Assembly (NCBI GenBank): GCA_965648935.1
Contig: CBFGIY010000027.1
Coordinates: 1 to 27,704 of the forward strand
DNA: 27,704 nucleotides
Source of the DNA: a candidate division WOR-3 bacterium
Lineage (GTDB): Bacteria; Hydrothermota; Tepidihabitantia; Tepidihabitantales; Tepidihabitantaceae
Reading direction: 5' to 3'
Shown here: in pieces, positions 25,781-27,704 of the stretch
How the letters are laid out: every line of letters starts with the position of its first letter
Numbering within the stretch: the stretch's first letter is position 1
Position numbers and translations under genes: made by a program
The notes under the pieces: generated by a model
Told to the model about the DNA's origin: nothing
Seen by the model: only the letters and a program-made list of their open reading frames with translations
Databases searched by the model: none

Positions 25781-25808
25781 ATCATATGCCGCGCGGCACG
25801 ATAGTCAA
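25781..25808 (-). promoter_or_regulatory. sigma70-type promoter for lptFG, probably leaderless
   Basis: Minus strand TTGACT, 16 nt, TATGAT, then 6 nt, then TTG 25774. Confidence 0.65.
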
Positions 25809-25855
25809 CGCGATGAGCGAAGCGGGCGGCCCCGCCTCCTCCGGTCGTACTCGGT

Positions 25856-27704
25856 CTAGCGCGGTCTGCCCGAGACTGTGAACACCATTACCCCGTCGGC
25901 AGAACCTTGGGTGACGTAGGCCCGCTCGAAGTCGGGTGTAAATGCGATGTAGTCCGGGTTCTCGCCGCCGCAGTGCAGGCTATTGATGACGCTGTTGGAT
26001 TCGGTACTGATGACTTTCAACGCCCCGCCGGTGTAGCAGGCGGCAAAGACATAGCCACCATCGACGGTAACCGCCACGCCGCTCGGGTGGCCGCCGACAT
26101 TGAGCACCTCGCGCAGGGTGTGGTCAGCGGTGCTGATACGGCTGACCGAGCCGCCAACTCCGCTTGCCACCCAGACCGACCGGCCGTCCGGCGTACAGGC
26201 GACGCCGATCGGCCCGGTCGGCACCGTAACCGAAGTCTGCAAGGTTCGGCTCGAGGTCCGGATGACGTAGACGCGACCGGTCTCCCTGCCCGCGATATAG
26301 GCGTACTCGCCGTCCGGCCCGATGCACACGCCCCACGGGTGCGCCCCGACCGGCACCGTGCCGACGACCGTCTCGTCCGAAAGGCGGACGACCGATACCG
26401 AACCGAGCCCGTACTGAGTCACCCAAGCATACTCGCCGTCCGGCGTGATTGCGATGCCCCAGGCATCGGCGATGCCGGCAATCGTGTCAGTCACCGTGTT
26501 GTCCGACGTCCGGACGACATAGACGCAACCCGCATCACGAGCCGTGACGAAAACGTGGCGGCCGTCGGGCGCGGCCGCGGCGAAGGCTGCGTAGCCGGGC
26601 GTGGCCAGCCGGGCGGCCACGGTGTTGTCCGCTGTCTTGATGACCACGGTCTGGTCGCCGCGCACTGGCACGTAGGTGTGGCTGCCATCCGTAGAAAGGC
26701 AGATGCCGAACGGATACCCCCCTGTCCTGACGACGAGTGCCAGCGAATCAGGGTAAGGGTGCGGCTGCACCGGATCCGTGACCGCCACCGCAAGCGCGTC
26801 TGACCAATCGGACTCGGCGCCGCGCGCGTCCACAGCCCGGGCGCGCACCGCGTATGACCCCGATGCGGGCCACGCGTGTCCGACCGTGACCGTGTCGCCC
26901 GAAGTGTGCACCCCGGTCGATTCGGGCGCGCCCACACCCCAGTCCAGCCGGTAGTAGACGTCATCGGCATCCGGGTCTGTGCTTGAGACCCGGAAGTGCG
27001 CGGTGTCGTCCAAAGCCACGCTGTCCGGCCCGGTCAGATGGGGCCTGGCCGGCGGCCGGTTGGCCAAAGTGTCTTCGCTGACCGTGACGCTGATGCGGTT
27101 TGACCACTCCGACTCGGCCCCGTGCCGGTCAACCGCCTGCGCGCGCACGCCGTAACTGCCGGGGATGGCCCAGGCGTGCGCGACACTCACGGTGTCGCCG
27201 GAAAGATGCAGCAGGGTCGACTCGGGCAGGCTCGCCCCGCCCCAGTCCAGCCGGTAGTAGACATCGTCGGTATCCGGGTCTGTGCTCACGACCCGGTAAG
27301 TCGCGGGTATCGAGACGACCACGCTCTCCGGCCCGGCGAGAAACGGCTTTCCGGGTGCGTGATTAGCCGCGCTGTCGCCGGTCACGGTAACGACCAGGCT
27401 GTCCGACCACCAAGACGCCGCGCCGCGCTCGTCCACGGCCTGGGCCCGCACTACATACGCGCCGGGCGCGGGCCACGAATGATTGACCGAAACCGCCTCG
27501 CCCGACGGGTGGAAGCTTGTCGAGTCAACCGGGTCACCGTCCCGCCACGTGACCCGGTAACGGATGTCGTCTTCTTCCCGGTCGGTCGACAGGACGCGGA
27601 ACGTCCCTTCAACCGAGACCGCCAGCTCGGTCGGCCCGCTCAACACGGGAGCGGTCGGCCGGTGATTGAGGCCGCAGCTCATCGGCAGCAGCACTGCAAC
27701 TGCC
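25856..27704 (-). CDS. Surface lipoprotein with three PKD-like Ig domains and a YVTN/YncE-type beta-propeller; 5' end probably outside the window
   Basis: Frame is open to the edge (AVAVLLPMS-C lipobox-like). Three ~100-aa NxxPxxPxLxGP...STD...YRxxW...SG...HxWxxxGxYxVRAxAVDxxGAxSxWS repeats are followed by about 7 PxGxxxxPDGxxxYV blades. Confidence 0.85.
   Translation of the reverse strand, partial: AVAVLLPMSCGLNHRPTAPVLSGPTELAVSVEGTFRVLSTDREEDDIRYRVTWRDGDPVDSTSFHPSGEAVSVNHSWPAPGAYVVRAQAVDERGAASWWSDSLVVTVTGDSAANHAPGKPFLAGPESVVVSIPATYRVVSTDPDTDDVYYRLDWGGASLPESTLLHLSGDTVSVAHAWAIPGSYGVRAQAVDRHGAESEWSNRISVTVSEDTLANRPPARPHLTGPDSVALDDTAHFRVSSTDPDADDVYYRLDWGVGAPESTGVHTSGDTVTVGHAWPASGSYAVRARAVDARGAESDWSDALAVAVTDPVQPHPYPDSLALVVRTGGYPFGICLSTDGSHTYVPVRGDQTVVIKTADNTVAARLATPGYAAFAAAAPDGRHVFVTARDAGCVYVVRTSDNTVTDTIAGIADAWGIAITPDGEYAWVTQYGLGSVSVVRLSDETVVGTVPVGAHPWGVCIGPDGEYAYIAGRETGRVYVIRTSSRTLQTSVTVPTGPIGVACTPDGRSVWVASGVGGSVSRISTADHTLREVLNVGGHPSGVAVTVDGGYVFAACYTGGALKVISTESNSVINSLHCGGENPDYIAFTPDFERAYVTQGSADGVMVFTVSGRPR
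26777..27667 (-). repeat. Three tandem ~300-nt PKD-like domain repeats
   Basis: Units at about 27380-27667, 27077-27364 and 26777-27061. Positions 27241-27286 and 26938-26983 match at 43 of 46 nt. Confidence 0.85.

Noticed and set aside
25819..25840. Short GC hairpin after the PKD/YVTN gene as a terminator
   Set aside because: The stem is short and lacks a U-tract, so it is too weak to call.
23721..26803. Long plus-strand ORFs of 327, 313 and 298 aa
   Set aside because: Antisense shadows of high-GC3 genes (lptG, lptF, propeller), with no motifs.
26938..27286. Near-identical repeat pair as a DGR template/variable repeat
   Set aside because: The mismatches are not adenine-specific on one strand, both copies are in-frame domain repeats, and there is no reverse transcriptase in the window.

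Overview
A GC-rich bacterial chromosomal segment, probably from a diderm lineage; the protein styles resemble candidate-phylum WOR-3/FCB-type genomes, but that is only an impression. The left edge holds the 5' part and one end of an IS481-like insertion sequence that the ORF track misses. It is followed by an SDR-type L-threonine 3-dehydrogenase and a 4-gene operon: unknown protein, HD phosphohydrolase, a 5'-nucleotidase-like protein with degenerate metal motifs, and an ICMT/PEMT-like membrane protein with degenerate motifs. A minus-strand operon carries nnr, a disrupted beta-propeller gene and a TPR + FG-GAP/ASPIC-UnbV protein. The rest is an HDAC-family deacetylase leading a small surface-polysaccharide cluster (GT4, Wzx, CE4-like deacetylase, GT4), two tandem DUF4870-like membrane proteins, an lptE-rlmD-amidohydrolase-polX operon, lptF-lptG plus a secreted alpha/beta hydrolase, and a 3xPKD-like + YVTN beta-propeller lipoprotein cut by the right edge. 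I found no rRNA, tRNA, CRISPR array or clear defence system, and no unambiguous new system. The best leads are repeated sigma70 promoters placed for leaderless transcripts (two with TTG starts, mostly 16-bp spacers), the operon with two adjacent apparent pseudoenzymes, a Lys-to-Cys amidohydrolase variant, and the triple-lesion beta-propeller gene.
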